A DNA stretch of 64,000 nucleotides from Yuukianura sp. NJ FZ-2021. Its lineage: Eukaryota. The stretch covers positions 4,712,001 to 4,776,000 of the forward strand of contig CM102286.1 of assembly GCA_046563655.1 (NCBI GenBank). The letters run 5' to 3'. This document shows positions 59,901 through 64,000 of this stretch, in pieces (position 1 is the first letter of the stretch; the number at the start of each line of letters is the position of its first letter). The translations under genes and the position numbers were made by a program. The notes under the pieces are model-generated. The model worked only from the letters and a program-made list of their open reading frames with translations. It searched no databases and had not been told where the DNA came from.

Positions 59901-62652
59901 CTTTTTTTTTTAAAAAGTGTCATCAAATAACACGAGTTATACTAAAGTATTCACAACTGCTGTCATCTCCTATTTGGAGAATTTCGTACTTCCTGAACTT
60001 GCAGTACTCCGAACTTTTTTCAACTTCAAAGTTTTCTTAAAAGTATTTCCTAGTTTCGGTAGTTGATTTCAGCACTAACATAACATGTAGTCTTAAGTTG
60101 TGACTCAACCCCTTGGAATAACCTTCTTCCTGCACTTCCTTGTCCCTGACTCATTAGGAATAAATCTAAATTCTGAAACTCCGGAAGGAGAGACTTAAAG
60201 TCCCCGGGAAGCCACAACGGAATGGCGTAATTCCATGCCTCCTGTCTCCTGGGATTTGGACATAATCATGTGGAAGTAATAAACATTGAAGAGAGGGAAG
60301 ATGCGATTATGGACCTAACCAAAGGGAAGTGTGTACTGTGCTTTAGTCTTGGACTGATTATGCTTCTCGGACTAATAATACACGGGAAAGCATAAGCTTT
60401 AGTTGGAGAACCGGTGAAAGCAGGGGAGAAAGGAGTCCGGAGTAGCTTTTCTCAAGTAGTTTAATAATATTGTCAGATATTAAAATCTTTGAGTAATTTA
60501 GCCAAAGGGATTCTGAATCTCCAACCCCAGAAGAGTAAAAGGAACAAAAGGACTTTCTCCCTTGTTCTTCCAAATATCTTTATTTCAGGGAAACAATAAA
60601 GGTACGAAAGATGAACTTCCAAAAGTCAACTATGTGCTGCAAATGTATAATAAAGAGCAGCACTTTGTACTTGAACCTAATGCCTTCCGTTTCAAATATT
60701 GTTCTACACCGGCGCACAAAAATTTTCAAAAAATAATTGCGCCAAAACATGCAACACTAACAAAATTTCGGTTTTTTAAGTAAACTTTCTCCAACTCATA
60801 ATTTGCCAGGGTTTGTTGAGTTTCTGCAAGTGCAAGTGCCAAAACCTTTTCAGAAAACTTAGCATAGTTATTAAAGTAGGAGTTTGGGGTTTTGGTTTAA
60901 TTCGGGAATTAGCGGGAAATTTGAAATTAAAAAATGCTTACCGGAGTCGTTTCTGCCAATGAGGGAGTGTGCAGAGGAGATAGTCGAGATTTCATCGGTT
61001 CCGTCGAGTGAAGTACCGAGTCCTTCATCTAGTAAATTCGCCATACTTTCATGAGATGAAGACGATCCAACACCATTTCCATTGTTGCCTAAACGGAACA
61101 TCCAATAAGTACAGTCATGTCAGAAGCCAAATTGAACTTTAGTGTGACTAAGTCTAATGATATCATATGCAGTTACCATCACTTTCAACAAGGACCCTAA
61201 CCCTTCTGAATAGCAATTACGGTAACAAAGTCTAAACTAATGCACCAAAAGTAACCAACCACTACCATCATAAACTTTAAACTTTCCCGCTCTCCCTTCC
61301 ACTCTACTATGTTAAAATGAGTAATGAAGTAATCGTATCATCACCATCATCATTACTTAAGTTCCCTCCCCCATGTCATGTGTACCCATACTACGGTTGT
61401 AACATTTCACAAGTCAAGAAATGCAGCTTCAACTATTATTAAATTAAACTCAAATGCTTCATCAGAGCTCAAGTTTCTGCCGCCATCTTGTTCAAGTCCT
61501 TCACTCTTAACTTCAAAATCTCTAGAGACCTAACATTTGGGTTGCTTTCCAAAATGAAGTGGGAGACGGAGAAGTGCAATGTTCAGTGCAGAAGATGGAA
61601 AACTGATCTTAACATTAAGTTTGAAGAGTAGGAAATGGAAAAAAGATGGTTTTGATGTTGATGTTTTTGTTGTAAAGATTTGAATCTGATTTTCCTTGAG
61701 GCTCAATTTAATGAACGTAAAAAGGGAAAACTTTTTACTCAGAATTTTTTTTTATTATGGAATAATAAATTTTTATATATAAAATTATAATGTTCAACTT
61801 CCGTTAGTAAAGTTGACTATGAGGCGTATTTTTTTTTCTTTCTAAAATGAAAGTTGATCTCATTCCAAGATTGTAAGTCTTTTCTGGCTCTTGTGTGAGT
61901 TTGGTGGGATGAAAAATCAGAAAAGTTAACATTGACTTTGCACATGTCTTGAAGCATTTTTGTGCTTTAAAGTTGTGTAGTCTACTCTTTTGAAAGTGTA
62001 ATATATAAAAGAAAATTGGGAAATTGACACGCCCAATGTATTTTCTATTTTCTGAACAACTTTTTCAAAGAATCTCTATTTTCCCAGCAAAAAATTGAGT
62101 CTATAGCATCAGATGACACTTTTGAAAATACGACCACTTCGAACTTCTGGCGCTTTAAGCCAACATCCCTCTCGCATTGAATTTGATTCCAATTTCATTG
62201 TTTTTGTTCATCGTGGGAACATTTCAAAAAAGACATGGATAATATTTCAGAAATTGTAGCAAACGAAATAGTATGTATCACCTTCATGGTAAATTTTTTC
62301 GAAAGATGTCCCAGTACACCATTATTCAATGTTATGTTACAAAGAAAAGTTTGAAAACGAATTCGTTATGCCAAAATAGACAACACCACTCAAAAAATGG
62401 ACATGCGTAGGCCTATTACCGTAAATTCAAGAAACTAACGGTTGTTAAAATTTTGTGAAAGAATTTTGAAATTGCAAAATTTCTGAATTTGGCAAATTCG
62501 AATCTTACCATCTAAAAGGAAGTCTATGGCTTGTGGTTGAGCACTGTTTGCATAGAGAATGAGGTCATTTGAATTGTCACCAGATACAGCGTAGGCGTAG
62601 AGATTTCCATCAGCCTTCAAGTGTGCGAGAGATCCCAAGTGATGGAGTGTCA
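35989..62652 (-). CDS. ZNF541: ZNF541/TRERF1/MIDEAS-family C2H2 zinc-finger ELM2-SANT protein (HDAC1/2 corepressor scaffold); 5' end probably beyond the window
   Basis: Exons: 62652(or 62656)-62509, 61088-60942, 48159-47927, 46097-45195, 43868-43329, 42965-42827, 42565-42213, 41414-41143, 40771-40142, 39787-39375, 38566-38463, 37530-37129, 37053-36947, 36253-35989 (TGA). Three N-terminal fingers (CAVCGKTFSNASALTKHKLTH, CSMCGKAFKRQDHLNGHMLTH, CAVKGCGKSYCDARSLRRH), central finger [34 protein letters not shown] motif, ELM2 (PRINVGPTFQA...CCSAVPGGGRNKEYALHLL), SANT (WTPSE..FQESLLKYGKNF...CISFYHLWKK), C-terminal finger [23 protein letters not shown]. The two most 5' exons are supported by phase and splice signals only. 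Confidence 0.9.
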
Positions 62653-64000
62653 CTGTCTGTCAAGTCAAGAAAAAACAGAATTTTAAAATTACTTTATTTT
62701 TATATCATCTTGATACTTCAAAATTCAACCATTTTTTTAAATCTGGAATTCTGAAACTTTCAAAAAAATATTTTCATTACGAGCTATGACATTTAGCAAT
62801 ACAACATTTTTGCTGAGGCTACGCCAACATTCTCTCCAGTCGTTTGGAAAAATACAAAATGCGGATTTAAACTTTTAGATTACGTTCAAGCGTATTGCGT
62901 ATGCTTTCCTAGGGAATGTTTGTTATTAAGAGTCCATTGTTCTATTGTTCCAGTTTTCATGAAAGATAGAACTTCATATCAAAAACAGGAATTTCATCAG
63001 AAAAGTGAATGTAAATGTAAGATGTGTGGGTAATACTATTTGCACAACTCTGCAGGAAGTTTGATTTTAGAGTGAGATGTTATGTCCATGCCTAAAATTT
63101 TCATTCCAACTTTTTCCAAATTCAATTGAAGTTTTTGTATGCTCTAGATCTTTCCTTGGACTGGGAAGTTTGGCCGCAGGGGTTTCACTTTCCCTTCAAT
63201 TTCAATTGGAATGATTCTTTGTCATGTAGCATTTGCTAGGAAATGATCGAACGACCCATAAATTCTATTCAATTCCACTCACTACATGGAAACTTCAAGA
63301 TGGAAATATCTTTTTCTTCGCTTTCTTCCAATATTTTGGACATCTTTTTTGAAAAAGAGAGAAAAAACGGAAAAGGCAAGTTTCCCTTGAATCAGAAATT
63401 GTAAAGGGAGAATGTCAACCTTCGTAGGGGAAATGTGTTGAATCGATTCCAAAGTCAAAGGAGTGTCAACATTCAAGTCCAATTTTTCTTGTCCTTTACT
63501 GCGTGTCACAAACAGAGCCCCCTTTCATGTTCCCATCAATTATGTTCTCACACTTACGTGAGCTAATTTCAAAAATAATTTTTATGAATAATTTTCAAAG
63601 GAAATAATACCCTCAGAGAAGAAAAAATTTTGGTGTGTCCATTTATACTGATCTTGAGAGGTCAAGAACGCTGCAAAATTATAAAGCACAAAATCTGTGC
63701 CATACTAACCTTAACATGAAATTGCAAATTTCGAAATTTTGCACTTTGAAATATTTATGGAGAAAGCAAGTTTTTTTTGACGATTTATTGAAAAGATAGT
63801 TAAAGAAAAAAAATGTGGTGAAGATTTATTTTGCCACAAAATGTTGAAACGGCAAAAAAAAATTGTGAAAAAAGTGTCAACTCTTCCCAAAAATTAGTTT
63901 GAAAACGGTTGGCAACAAAGCTTCTTCGGTGAGCATTAAACCCTACACTAACGCTAAAGTAAAAATCGGTTGATTTGTTCTGAGTAAAAGCTCACAAAAA

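Noticed and set aside
48400..60800. Many 60-126 aa ORFs in the long intron (e.g. 53610-53990)
   Set aside because: Phe/Lys/Leu-biased composition typical of AT-rich non-coding DNA, with no motifs and no consistent splice structure.

Overview
AT-rich, intron-rich eukaryotic DNA, most likely from an arthropod or related invertebrate (inferred from protein similarity and many 55-110 nt introns; species not determinable). I rebuilt six spliced genes by hand with frame-consistent GT-AG junctions. (1) stardust/MPP5 (PALS1) MAGUK, +, 87-12197, with an extra atypical N-terminal PDZ-like domain. (2) A two-exon THAP zinc-finger gene, +, 13070-13869, possibly a truncated P-element-type transposase. (3) AMP deaminase, -, 14350-19687, with at least four candidate alternative first exons out to 23738, a 387-nt cassette exon and two consecutive 18-nt microexons. 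(4) PP2A B56 gamma/delta-type subunit, -, 26023-32839. (5) Axonemal dynein light chain 1, +, 33517-34745, head-to-head with B56. (6) A ZNF541/TRERF1/MIDEAS-family C2H2-ELM2-SANT gene, -, 35989 to at least 62652, whose 5' end probably lies outside the window. Also present: an intact 640-bp hAT-type MITE with a perfect 23-bp TIR and 8-bp TSD, a degenerate 179-bp hAT-like MITE, and small tandem duplications. I saw no CRISPR array, tRNA, rRNA or prokaryote-type system. I found no clearly new biological system; the best leads are isoform architecture, domain architecture and transposon relics. Family assignments come from recalled motifs, not database searches.
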